From: Chrysomallon squamiferum
Taxonomy: Eukaryota; Animalia; Mollusca
DNA: 64,000 bases
Direction: 5' to 3'
Assembly (NCBI GenBank): GCA_012295275.1
Contig: CM022670.1
Coordinates: forward strand, 22,258,001 to 22,322,000
The position numbers were made by a program, and so were the translations under genes. The first letter of the stretch is position 1; the number at the start of each line of letters is the position of its first letter. A model generated the notes under the pieces. The model worked only from the letters and a program-made list of their open reading frames with translations, did no database searches and was not told where the DNA came from. Positions 1 through 12,374 of this stretch are shown here, piece by piece.

Positions 1-367
1 ATGAAGTATTTCAATACAGTATTAAATGTACTTATAACTTGATGCACGCAGTTATATTTCAATATGAACAAATATTATAAACACAACAAACTGCTTTTAA
101 GTAAATGAATAAAACAAATAAAAAACAAAGACAGGGAAGTGAATTGTACATTTTAAAAACGATGGAATAAAGAAGATGGAGGTGAAAATCAGACCAGAAG
201 AAAGTGTTCTTAGCAACAAGAAGCAACAGTGTTAAAACAAATATTAATTTGTTTTTCTTTAAAGTTGTATCATAATCATGAATACAGAACACTGTTAATA
301 ATTATGGAAAGGCATGCCACACAAAGAGAGTAAGCTTGATTTGAAGTGAAAGATTTCTCAGTCATAC

Positions 368-454
368 CAAACTCTAGCTTGCTCTTTGATGTGGTCCACT
401 GTAAAGTAGAAATTTGTTGGGTACAATCCAATTGTGATCTTCATTTTCTACTCA
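368..454 (-). pseudogene. Degenerate duplicate of CDC14 exon 8 (pseudo-exon)
   Basis: Flanked by ctgcAG acceptor and GTATGA donor; reads *VENEDHNWIVPNKFLLYSGPH/(frameshift)KSKLEF, versus canonical [29 protein letters not shown]. First codon is TGA and a 1-nt deletion is present (87 nt). Confidence 0.85.
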
Positions 455-1613
455 CTGCAGGACCAAACAGAAAACATGAAAAATTAGTAACAATGACAAG
501 AAATATCTTTAGTCTCCCAAATTAAACTGCATTTTCTATCTTGGAAGTACAGCAAATTCTCAACATTTACAACATTCTGGAGTGACGTTCAATGGAAACT
601 TGTTACAATTATTTACTTTGTCACATAAAACAAAGACATCACATAAGTATCTTTGACAACTGATAAATAATTATCAGCAGTTTAATCAGAGCTGACTGCT
701 TGAGCATCAATTAATCTGCTTGTGTAGAGAACTCAATAAAAAATTTAAACCTGTCAAATCTGTGCCAGAAATCATCTTAGAGAATATTATTTATTTGTGA
801 TCTCAGAAATAGTTAAAGCTTAAAGTAGATCAACAATATTATCTAACACTCACTTCTAATTTACTGAATTGCATTTCAAGTTTATATTGTCAGCTAAATG
901 ATTCATCTTTTCTTTTTTTTTGAAACACAGAAATAATAATTAAAAAATGCTAAGAAATTAGAAAAGATTTATATTTTAAAAACACAAACTTTTTACAGGT
1001 AAAAATAAATAAATACCTATTCATCCCAAAAAGAAAACCTCTTGTAGAAACAGATAATAACATCAACACAGAATTTTAAAAGTCTCAATCAAACAATACA
1101 ATAAAAGAATAAATTATGTTAAATTGACTAGATATTGTGTAGGATATTTAATTTTTTCAAAACCAACAGTAACAAAAATTAAAAGAAAAATAAACAGTTA
1201 AAATTTAGTTAGTAATTGTTTCAGAATCACAAAGAATAGTCTGGCAGGAATTACTATGTAGACATGGTTTTTGATCAATTTTTGCAGAAAGAGACATTTT
1301 TTTTTCTTTTCTTAATAGTGATAAATATACATTTACATCTGTTGAAATTTTGAATATTTTTGAAAGAGGTTAAATTTTCTTTGATGGCTGCATTATTTCT
1401 TCAGTTGTTAAAAACAATTTTAAATTTATGTTCAGATTAGTTTTTTTCAACAATATTAAACTGTCTGATAAATTAAATAAATAAATATTTCTGGTATGCA
1501 TTTCACAAAACAAAGAAGACATACAATGGTGTTAGTATTAAAAATATGAACATGAATTCTAATTTCAGAACTTTAAATGCCTTATTATTATTATTATTAT
1601 TGTTGTTTCATAC

Positions 1614-4600
1614 CAGAAGTGTCTGTCACTGAAGAAGGGACAGGCTCAGAGAAAGCTAACAATTTTCCAGGCAATATCCAGTTCATGTGACCAATCTTCT
1701 GTAAAAAACAAAAGGGCAATTGTGTAAAGAACTGACATTTTACAACTGGCTTCAAAATGTAGGAAATATATTTCCAGATACAGGGTTTTAAAATCCTAAA
1801 TTCACCAAGAAATGTTATTTTCAATGTTTTTTTTTACTGTCTAAGATACTTTATTTTTCCCCCACCTTATCTCTTATAGTATGTAGCGAGACCTCTGGGT
1901 TTATAAAACTTCATTTGTTTTTTTTATCACTAATCTTTTGTCAATATTTTTGGACAGATGCTGTATGAAAACTATTTGTGCTAGAGTTTCCAAATATGGA
2001 ATATATATATTTAAAAACAAACACTATAAAATGACAGAAAGAAAATCCTGGAGAAATTAACTATTCTTTTCATATAACCATTATACAACTTTCTGCTGTT
2101 TCAAAATATGAATGAAAAATGTATTATTTAAAAAATATATATATTTCTTTTGAAATACGTAAACAAAGACTTAATTTCTTTCTGTTATTTTGTAGAAATA
2201 CATATCCATGATGAACCCCAGCAGTTTCAATGATATATGTATCTGCTTAGAGTTAGAGAGGTTCCTGAAATAGGGTACTATAATGTTAAAAAAAGCCAAA
2301 AATAAAAGTAACCATTTGTCATAAAAAAATAAACTAGTATTAGATATGTATGGTAACAAAGGGGGATTATTTCCATCAAGTTTCAATTCTAATTGTTTAG
2401 ATTGAATTAGATTCAGTAACTTGTAATTTTAAATGTATACGTACGTCGAAGAACTCGTACTCAGCGACATCAAAGGTTTCAAAATCGAAAAATCCATTGT
2501 CATGGGCCTAACAATGTAAATAATAATAATAATAATAATAAGACAAACAACAATTAAGAAAATCATTTCTTCCATTCAACAAATAATTTATAATTTAAAC
2601 ATTATTTATTACCACTGCAAAACATTTCACTGTTACTTCTCAATTGCAATTTATTACTATTTCAAAAAAGAAAAATTGGCAAAACCTGTTTTTAGTGATC
2701 CATTGTAAGTTTAAATTATTATTATTATCAAAACAATTTTTAAACTAAATCAATCTCAGTTATTTTAATATTCTATTTAAATGATAATTTTGTACAAAAT
2801 TCAACTCTGTTAAGATAGTGCATTTAAAAAAATATATGTCAATTTATTTTGCATTCTCTTAGATACAATATTTACTTTGTTTATGGCCTGTAGACAATCT
2901 AGCAAGGTGAGGTCATAGGAGCTGGAATTGAATGTTGTATCTCTGGAAAAGGAATAAAAAATTTACAATGCTATAGACATTACTATAACTTATTTTAAAC
3001 TTTTACTTTTGGTGTTTTTTTTTTTATTCTGATAAGAAAAATATATTTCATAAAAAAGCATTTGACCTTGTAAATTAAAGAGGAAAAAATAATTAAGTAA
3101 GTAATTTAAAACAAAAATAGTTTTTTTTCTTTGATAAAATCAATTTTGTTTATTGTTGTGGCAGTTATATTATGCAGAACAAGTGTGGAAGTATTTAATT
3201 TTAGTAATTAAACTTAAACAAAAATTATTTTCCCATATAACACCCCAATGTTTTAAAAAAATATATGCTAACTTATAAAGTAAAAAATAAAAAAAATAAT
3301 GAAAAGATGTAATAATAAAATGAACAATACAAAATAAATAAATTAATTTTGGATTTAAATGTAAACCAATAATGATGTTCAAATTATTGGAATTTTGAAA
3401 TTCATTTAAAATGAAATTTTCATCTGGAAATAATGTAATTGTTTGATAAAATAAATTCATTACTTATTAAGACATCTGTTATCTTGAGTTTAATGAAATG
3501 TCATAAAACATATTAAACCAAAAACATACAAGAGAGTTGATTATTGAAAACTGTTTGTGATTATTAAATTACATGTTATACATAAATCAATATATTTATT
3601 ACTCACAAATCCCAAAATCAATGTTTTATTTTAGTGATTATATCATATTATAAACATCAATTTTTAATTACATGTTCAAAAACAATTATGAAGACAGTTA
3701 ACACTTACATATTACCACAGTAACTTGTGAAAAGATTATTATTATAATAATAATACCAAGAATATGGTACTGAAACATAGCACATTCTATCAAGTTAAAC
3801 AGTTTATAACAAGATTAATATTTAAAAACGTGCTGTCAAAGTAATCTCTTACCGGTATGGCATATATGGTATATTCGGATTAGGATAAACCAAATGGTAA
3901 GCTTCCTCTGGTGTTTTTCCCAAATACAAGATCTAAAAATGGAAAATAATCAACATTTAAAAAAATATCAACAGTAGTTGCATATATTTTTCATTTATAT
4001 GTTGACAGAATAATGATTTAGTAATCATTCACATCAAAAGGTTTATGTGAAAACCTATATATGCACGAAAGCATTTACATTATTATTACTTGGCTCAAAA
4101 TGAAATATATACAATATAATTATACTTACTGAATAGCAAGCAATAAGGTATGTTGCATTTGTGCTTTTCCTTGCTTCATAACTTGTAAAATGTACTATTT
4201 TTTTAGTTTTCAATCTCTCCGACTGAAAATAACAAAATAAAGTATTAAGTGATGTGATTCATAAATTATTTTTGTTTCAGATTTTAAAAAGAATACCAAG
4301 AACTGTATCTAAAATAAAAACAAAAACAACCAAACAACCTAAGTTATACATTTTTTTTTTTACTCAGAATAAACAATATAATACACACACAAAAACAAAC
4401 ATTTTTTTTTTGCTCAGTATTATTTATGAAACTGAACTTTATTAACAAATTCTGTTACAAAAGTCTGTTACAGCTGGTATAAACCCAGTCTGTATGGAAC
4501 CTACAAATTATCAGGATTGATTCATGAAAAGACCCTGTAAAGATTTCTAATTCTGAGTAAAGGTTCATGTAATTATCTCAGTTTGTTCTAATATGTGTAA

Positions 4601-6618
4601 ATTCTTACGCTTAGTAAACCATCCAGTTTGTAGCAATAGCGATAAATTTGTCCTAAGTTTAAAGGGCCAAAATCTCCATTGAATCTGAAACAAAGTAAAG
4701 TAGGAATAATAATAATAATAATAATAATAATATATGAACTGTTCAAATATTAAAATTTATAAATCAACATAAGTAATTTGGGGTAGATATTTTGTTTTAA
4801 TAGAGAATTCATGAAATCTAAAACTTAACTATCTTTGTTATGTAAATATCTGTATCAGAATATTTGCCTAAAACAAATGTTAAAATAATATTTGGATTTG
4901 ATTGACAATCATAACAACAAACATGTAAATATTTACATGTTTGTTGTTTTATCTGTCAATAAAATATGGTTTTCAAATTCATCCTCATGTCACATAAACA
5001 ATCAATTTCCAGTTATAAATAACAACCAGCACCCTATAATTAAAACAACAACAACAACAATAGTAATAAATGGTACCAATACAACTACATTGTTTAATCT
5101 GATCAGAAATTTTATATTTACCCTACATATGTAAACTCCTCATCAACAGAAAAGAAATGGCAATCTACAGTCACTGTTGGCTTCATTGTCAAAGCTGTGA
5201 AATACAGACGATCTGTAAAATATAAGTTATATGTTGTATTGTTTTGTGTTCCCAAACTCTCAATTATATCCACTTTCTGTAATAAAATTTCTTTTAAAAA
5301 TAACCAGAAAGGCACACAATGAGACTTTGAATAAACATATAATAATTATATATTATTAAACTCTTTAATAATAGACAACTATAAATGTTCAATAATTTGT
5401 TGTTTTATTTATTTTAATTTAAAAAAATATATATATAATCACAACAGTGAAAACAAAAATAATGTAACCTTAAATTATTAAAATTTAGACTTTTTAAATT
5501 ATTTTTTTTATGCAAGACAATCATTTATTATAATTACATTTATGCTTAGTTCTATTAAAAGAATAGGAAAGAAAAGTCAATATACTTATGTTCAAAATTT
5601 GCACTTACATTTGAACAACTGAAATTTTATCATCCCTGATTTGTTCAACTTAAGGTATTTTTGTTATATTTTGGGGGGAAAGGAGTATGATTTTCATCTC
5701 AAAAAAGAAATTTGTGTGGTCAGAATATGACCAAGTGGTTCCAGTGCTGTCAGTTCACTGTCCAACACTAAACTACTTAACACATGTGGGATAAAGTGTT
5801 TACAGATTTACTTTATGCATAAATTTGATTATTGCCTTTTCTACATAAAAAAAGATTGATATAAAATATTCCCACTGAGAAACTAATAAATTGCATGGTA
5901 GTATCTGCACCGCATTTATAATTTAATTTTTTTTTTTTAAATTATTCACTTGTCAAATTTGTTTAAACAGCAAATATGGACTGACCAATTCCCATGACCC
6001 ATGAACGTATGTATCAGTGCTAAGCAAAGCGTTTTCCATGCATCATCCACACTTTCAAATATTGTTGCGTTGGAATGCCCACCAAATTCACTATAATTTT
6101 AGTTTCAATGGATTAAACTTAAATAATATTTAACTTTGAACTACTCAAACTGTGAATGAAGATATAAAAGAAGGACAGATCCTTCCTTTCTAAGGATAAT
6201 CCATTTATTTGTGGATTATAACATATACATTGCAGAGGATTTCTATTTTACTTCTAATGCAGATATAAACCAACCAATTTTTCCAACGATAACAGAGTAA
6301 GCCATGCTGTTGTCATAACCGGTGTACACGCAGAAAAGGTTCCATCATCTAAGCCAAAGTTTAGTGAGCAAGGCCCATCTACTTTTGGAAAAGTATATGC
6401 CGTTTTATTTATTTTATTTAATTCCGTTTTTCAAATAAAACAAGTACGAAAGTAAAAAGTCGTCTGTGTTTCCAAAAATAGATTGGTGCCACACGCTAAA
6501 TTTATTTCATTTACAAAGAGTTTATTTTGCATGTACACCGCTAGTCGTCACTTATAGCACAGCTGTTTCTGTCAATGTTATGACTGTGCTCACCTTTAAT
6601 AATTTCAATCGCATTCAT
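1614..6618 (-). CDS. CDC14: Dual-specificity phosphatase CDC14 (divergent), N-terminal 8 coding exons; catalytic domain not in window
   Basis: Phase-compatible GT-AG exons 6618-6594, 5212-5122, 4684-4609, 4222-4130, 3932-3853, 2942-2876, 2507-2445, 1698-1614 translate to MNAIEIIKDRLYFTAL...FNGDFGPLNLGQIYRYCYKL...KKIVHFTS...ILYLGKTPEEAY...YDLTLLDCLQAINK...GFFDFETFDVAEYEFF...MNWILPGKLLAFS, matching the CDC14A/B N-terminal domain motifs. Confidence 0.92.
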
Positions 6619-6919
6619 GATAATATTGTTTCCTCCAACATGATTTAAGACAATTGTCCGATGTAAGAGAATTCAAACCGATTGCCGATCTTGATATTGC
6701 TATGGCTTGCCCCTAACCTAACCTATGCTGTTTGTTTATCAGTAATCCCACTTTATCGAGATGTTAATTATCTGCCTGTGGCCGTACTAAAACGAATATT
6801 TAAATAATAATACTTCAGTTATAATAATATTGCTTTTTGCATGCTAACGCCACGAGAACACTAGAATCCGTATCACCTACTTGCCTTGACGACCACTGAA
6901 ATAGATACATAAACACTAG

Positions 6920-6974
6920 CACGTGACCAAAGTTCAGCCAATCGCACTTGCTTACAAGAGTGGTGGGCGTGACA
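6920..6974. promoter_or_regulatory. Proximal promoter motifs upstream of CDC14
   Basis: CACGTGAC E-box, CCAAT box and GGGCGTG GC-box clustered about 300 nt upstream of the CDC14 ATG; a minus-strand GTAGGT donor near 6880 suggests a non-coding first exon. Confidence 0.45.
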
Positions 6975-7144
6975 ATTCCAATATTAATTTTGTCGGAACA
7001 AAAAGAGAGTTAAAAAATTAGTAAGGAGCCGATTTTAATAGCCACTATACACACCAACCCTTATTCCAGACTGTTCTGTCCGCTAACGACAGAAGAAGAA
7101 AAAATATAATAGTGGTGAAAATAAATAAATAAATAAATAAATAA

Positions 7145-7189
<45 letters not shown>

Positions 7190-7570
7190 TAATTAATAGG
7201 AATAAATAATAAGTTTTCACTTAGGATATTGATAAATGCTACTATTTGTTTATTATTTATTTATTTACTGCTACTACTACTACTACTACTGCTGCTGCTA
7301 ATAATAATAATAATAATTATTATTATTATTGTTGTTGTTGTTTTTTGTTGTTGTTATTATTATTATGTTTAAACCACGCAAGATAAAAATTTCAGTGGCA
7401 AAAATTTTTGTCAACATAATGTGTTTGTATGTAAGTGTTTCTAATATCTATAAAATTTCACTGATTCTTTTCCAAATTCTACACCCCAAATACCCTTTCA
7501 ATCCCTCCTGCACTAAAACATTCTAGGGAGTTACTTGACCAGAAGATGATAGTAATCCCATGGTTAGGTT

Positions 7571-7899
7571 TTTGTAAACCACGTTTTCACGTCCTTCTTC
7601 ATTCATTGTGTAACACAGATGTTGGGAAATGGTTTAGTAACTCCTTTTGTTGCATCAATCATTCGTTTAATAGAAGCCCGTCCTGGTCTAACTTCTTGGC
7701 AGGTAAAAATCAAGGACCCAGTTAAAATATTTTTAAAATAATTTTTTTTTTTTTTTTTTTTTTCTGGTGAGTAATCTCTCTAACCTGCCTTAACTCTAAC
7801 AATTTGTTCAGAGGTTGGCATAGTATTTTTTGTATATATTTCAATGCCAAGAAAAATTAGGTCAGTGCTTGGTCCCACAGTTTTCTCTTCTGCTAACTC
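7571..7899 (-). mobile_element. DIRS/Ngaro-type retrotransposon reverse transcriptase/RNase H remnant
   Basis: Minus strand reads ELAEEKTVGPSTDLIFLGIEIYT and LTGSLIFTCQEVRPGRASIKRMIDATKGVTKP...KDVKTW, matching DIRS/Ngaro RT motifs (EKTEGPxTxLxFLGIELDT; LxGxLNFACxVVxPGRAFLRRLID); interrupted by stops and a poly-T tract. Confidence 0.8.
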
Positions 7900-8671
7900 G
7901 CAACATGTCATAGCACTACGTCACCCATTTTAAATCATCACAAACTGAAATCCCCATGGAAATACCGGCTGTAGCCTGAAATTATATCAATATTGTGATA
8001 TATTTGGAGTAAATAAAAAAAAGTAAAACCAAACCCTACCATCTAGAAGGCAATTGATAGTGTGAACATTGCTTCAGGACACTACATAACATGCTATAAA
8101 CATTGCCAGAACACATATAAATAAATAAATAAATAAATAAAATGGCTAGAAATGTATAGCCTACAAGTCCACATCTGACTCGAAAACAGGTTATTCTGTT
8201 GTTGTTGTTGTTGTTTTTGTAGTAAAGAGCTTAAGTTTAATTTTAAGAAGTGACTGTTTACCAGATAATGCACATATTCTGTATTTCATGTTTTTCTTCA
8301 TTTTCTACATTATTCAGTTAAACATGAAATTTCATGTTAGATAATTAAAAAGCTAATGTTGATGTTTTTCAAACAAAACAATGACAGACAAAATTTAAAA
8401 TTGCTATTACACGTATATATAGTCAATTACTTTTATTAAAGTAATTAATAATCATTCTTGTAGAGACTACATTAAAAAAATTTATTTGTTTTTACTCCAG
8501 ATTTTAACACTGCAAAAATCACATTACAAATCTTAAACCAGTTTATTACAAATTTTAATCACAATAATCAAAATATATAAACTAAATTTAGCTGCGAATT
8601 GTGATGACGCAAGATTTTAAAATCATGTGATATCAGTTTATCCGATCCAGATCTTTTAAGTGCCGTTATTG

Positions 8672-8679
8672 TGACGTCA
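8672..8679. promoter_or_regulatory. Palindromic CRE site upstream of orphan gene
   Basis: Perfect TGACGTCA about 70 nt upstream of the ATG at 8748; TGACGCAA half-site near 8605. Confidence 0.4.
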
Positions 8680-8747
8680 TATTATTGTTTTTGTAGCGAA
8701 GACAATTTCTTACGTTATTTATTTTGAAAAGTTATTAAACTTTTCAA

Positions 8748-9437
8748 ATGCCTACGTCCAGTCAGTCACTGATACTGCTGAAGGCAGACAGCAGAAATGT
8801 GTCTAATTACTATAAACATAGTTTTCAGATAGAGGCCGTTCCGTTGTCAATACCAAGAGTGAATGTAACCGGGGATTTACCATCGTTTTCACCATCAACT
8901 ATCAAAACTTCCGAAGTTCAGGATTCCTGCTACCTGGACCACAGGTCACTTGATGGAGGAGGAGTACATTTCTCCGGTGACAATATGGCTAATCCAGATA
9001 CCTATCAGCGATTGCCAGCTTCTGTCGAAAGGGAAAAAACTAATATTTTCCGTATTTGCGACAGTTCAGGATCAGAAGATGGCAGAAATTCTCAAGGATT
9101 GTCATTGGATGACGATATTCTCAAAGAAAATGACTTCAGCAATAAACAAAAAATTAGTGTTGATAATTATAGAAGACTATTGGATTTGGGTTTTAGCACA
9201 TCATCATTCAAAGGATTAGAAATGGTGGATATTCCACGAACTACTGTTAGGAGAGTTGAGTCCATGATTTACAGGTCCATAAACGAACAGTCTCAGAAAG
9301 TTCCGAGGAAATTAGTCGTTCCTTTAATCGGTGGCGGTTTTTCCATGTGCGATCAAAAACCTACACCACGCTTACTAAGCAGACGAAGAAGTGCAAACAG
9401 AAGGTAAATAATAATAATAATGATTGCTAAGAGCTCA

Positions 9438-9490
<53 letters not shown>

Positions 9491-10479
9491 TAAAAACATA
9501 AATCAATAAATAAATTTAAAAAATAATAATAGTTTATCTTAATATTTCAGTTCTTCATGGTTGCGTCAGTATCTGAATAGCGAAGAAGATATTAGGCTGG
9601 GAAAAAAGAACCTAGTAATGAGCCGTCATAAGCTACTCAATAAGTACGTTTACAACTTTACAGTCTGTGTGCGAGTGTCGCTGTTACACGTCGTTCTTTT
9701 CTTGGTTATTGCGTTTGCATTAGATCATTCCTTTCATTATTACTTTGCAATGACGTGACTCTTAGCATTTTGCAAAACATAATTTTGGTTTTCCAGGCAG
9801 AGTTATTCTTATCATCAGATTTAATTTGTTGTACCTGTTTGGTTTGTTGTTTCTGCAGTTTAATTAATTGATTAATTTATTTATTAATTAAATATATGTA
9901 AATAAATAAATAAATAATAAAACAATATAAAAACTACATTGCATGTCATTAAACAAAATTTAATAGTGAATAACTGATTATTTTAGGTCAACTTCTGAAA
10001 TAACGGAACACGATGCATCTAAAGAAAATCAAGCTGTTGAAGAAGTGAAAAAACCCGAGAAGAAGTCAAAAATAAAACTACCCACAATACGCATGCGCAA
10101 AGTTCTTCCACCTACTTCGCCCGGTTCTCTGTGCTTCACATTGAGGAAAGTAAACGCTAGCCACGAAGAAATAAAAAACTTAATAGAAACGCAGCTTGAG
10201 TGTGCAATAAACACTCTTCTTTTTGATCCCGTATATATTCATATGGGAGAGACTGACAGCGAATACAAAACCATGTGGGTCTTTACCTTAAATGAAAAAG
10301 ATATGGAGAAATCAGCCATTCGGCAGGGTATTAAATGGAATGGGGAACGTTCGAGAGTTCGATACCTTGATGATGTAATGCGTGAAGAATATAACGCTTA
10401 CAGACTGTACAAGGCTATACAGGACGAGAAAAAATCGAAAGGTTTAGGTTCCTCAAAGAAACGACAGAGTTTAGCATAA
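8748..10479 (+). CDS. Uncharacterised 413-aa protein, 3 exons, with C-terminal putative RRM-like domain
   Basis: Exons 8748-9403, 9551-9643 and 9987-10479 are joined by two GT-AG phase-2 introns that link the three separate ORFs of the track into one frame (1242 nt). Confidence 0.75.
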
Positions 10480-11597
10480 TTCATGTTAAAGCAAACCAAT
10501 TATCTGCGCATTAAAAAGAATCCAAAATATTCATGGAATGAAAATAACTGAACAAAAAAATTTGAAAATTAAACATAAACAAAGAAATATTAGAAAATGA
10601 TGGGGAAGTTGAAGAGTGTGATCACAGTATAATTAATGTTAATCAAATTGCCTACGAACACTGTGATCGGCTGAATATTGAGAACTGTAGCGTTTTTGCT
10701 GGTTTGATGTAGAAATCGGTTCAGTTTTACATAAATATATATTGAAAATGGCAGCTTTTGGATAGGACCAATAATCACAGTTGAACGGTTTACATAAATT
10801 AAACACCGTTGAAGATGATTAATTTTGGAGGGATTTCTTTTATTTTAATGGATTTTAAGGATCTGATGTGTCACGAGGTCCAGTAGATTTTAAAAGAATT
10901 TGCAGAGGTTGATTTGTGGATTAGTAGTTCTTTTATTTTAACTAGAATGATTCGTGAACACATCTGCTAATCCCTGGACGGGCTGCCTGGTGTGTCTCTG
11001 TACTTTTAATTGTTTAACGGAAAAACATTTTTATCGTTAATTAATATAATTAAATTATTATTTACAGTTATAAATAGAAAATTTAAAAAAATAATAATAA
11101 TAAATAAAAATAATTGTAAATAAAAACAATTTAAAAATAAAAATAATCATAACAATAATATAATAAAATAAAATAAGTAATAGTAAGAAGAATTCTGTCA
11201 GTTAACAATTTTGTTTCGTTTGTATATTTTTTATCGAAATTGTTTTATCAGGATACCTGAGTTAAGATCGATTATCTTATGATCTTATAATTTCTGGCAG
11301 AAACATGTATGAAAATGTGATATTGCACCGTATTAAAAATATATTGTTAATATGGTTTCTTTGTTTTAATTTAATTTAATTTATTTCTTTTTCTTCCGAT
11401 TTTTGGATAAAGGCTAAATCATTATTTAAAATAAAAAATAAACGATGACAAGTAAATGAGTTTAACAAATAAATACATTTCTAAAGCATGAATTTGTTTT
11501 TTAATTTTCATTAGACATAATAATAAATTAAAACCACAGAAAACGTAAACAATTAATAACTTATGAACGCATTACCTGTAAACAACAACACTTTCAC

Positions 11598-11640
11598 TTT
11601 TGGCGCTGCGAAAACTAAAACAAAGCGCGCCAAATTCAAA
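11598..11640. promoter_or_regulatory. E2F + CHR cell-cycle promoter module
   Basis: TTTTGGCGC (11598-11606) and GCGCGCCAAATTCAAA (11625-11640; reverse TTTGAA-TTTGGCGCGC), with a minus-strand CAG|GTAATG donor at 11576/11575. Confidence 0.5.
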
Positions 11641-11825
11641 AATAGCTGTTTTTCTGGAAGCCGTCTAAATGTCTTCGTAACTTTACACCTTTGTGTATAA
11701 ATATAAAATTTATCAGTATAATTATTTATATATTATCGACTGCGCGTCTGTGTGAAATATTCGCCAAAGCCTTTATATTAAACTCTTCAGTGATACAAGA
11801 AGGCCTCGGTATATTTTGGTCAGTC

Positions 11826-11925
11826 TGAGGAATGGTGCATATTGAAAATACCTTGCTGCTAATACAGAAAGTAACTCACGAACAGCGAGATTTCATTATC
11901 CTCTTTGCGGTTCTGAACCATACAT
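11826..11925 (+). mobile_element. Degenerate SINE-like repeat fragment
   Basis: TGGTGCATATTGAAAATACCTTGCTGCTAAT...GAACCATA aligns with the copy at 37135-37222; resembles the 3' part of a gastropod SINE as I recall it. Confidence 0.55.
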
Positions 11926-12076
11926 TTTCGTAGCAGGCAAATTATTATTATAGCTGTTCCCTTCAAACATAAAATAACAACAACAACAACAATAATAGTC
12001 TGTCGACAAAACACAAACTAGAATGCTTTTTGATATCACAGTTTATAAATGCTATTTTATATAATAAAACCAACCA

Positions 12077-12120
<44 letters not shown>

Positions 12121-12122
<2 letters not shown>

Positions 12123-12374
12123 GTCGGGTGCATAAAGCACCATCACACAAACTACACAAGTTCGATGTCGATTATATCTTTAATTTCTCTGCCTGTTTGT
12201 ACAACATGATAGACAAATATTATAAAATAGTATCGGCCCAAACGTCTTTCTCTCTTGCCGTATATTCTCTCGTCTCTCTTGAACTCTTTCACCGCAGTCA
12301 CACTGATAACATCTCGCACCCAGACCATTACTGTCCTGGGTTCCTTAAGATAGCGCCAGTGACTGTTTACAACA
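12121..12374 (-). mobile_element. Possible solo LTR
   Basis: GC-richer island; minus strand starts TGTTG and ends CA, with a purine-rich GAGA stretch and an ATTAAA poly(A)-like signal near the 3' end. No TSD confirmed. Confidence 0.3.

Noticed and set aside
5960-6305. Possible alternative CDC14 first exon or RNase H1 N-terminal-like peptide (MAYSVIVGKI...GGHSNATIFESVDDAW)
   Set aside because: Needs weak splice sites to join and the continuation hits a stop; exon 6618-6594 (MNAIEIIK-DRLYF) fits CDC14 far better.
8950-9219. 89-aa ORF overlapping orphan exon 1 in another frame
   Set aside because: No motifs, no splice compatibility; likely a shadow ORF.
10480-10990. Coding-like stretch downstream of the orphan gene stop
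   Set aside because: Multiple stops in all frames and no splice route; treated as 3' UTR.
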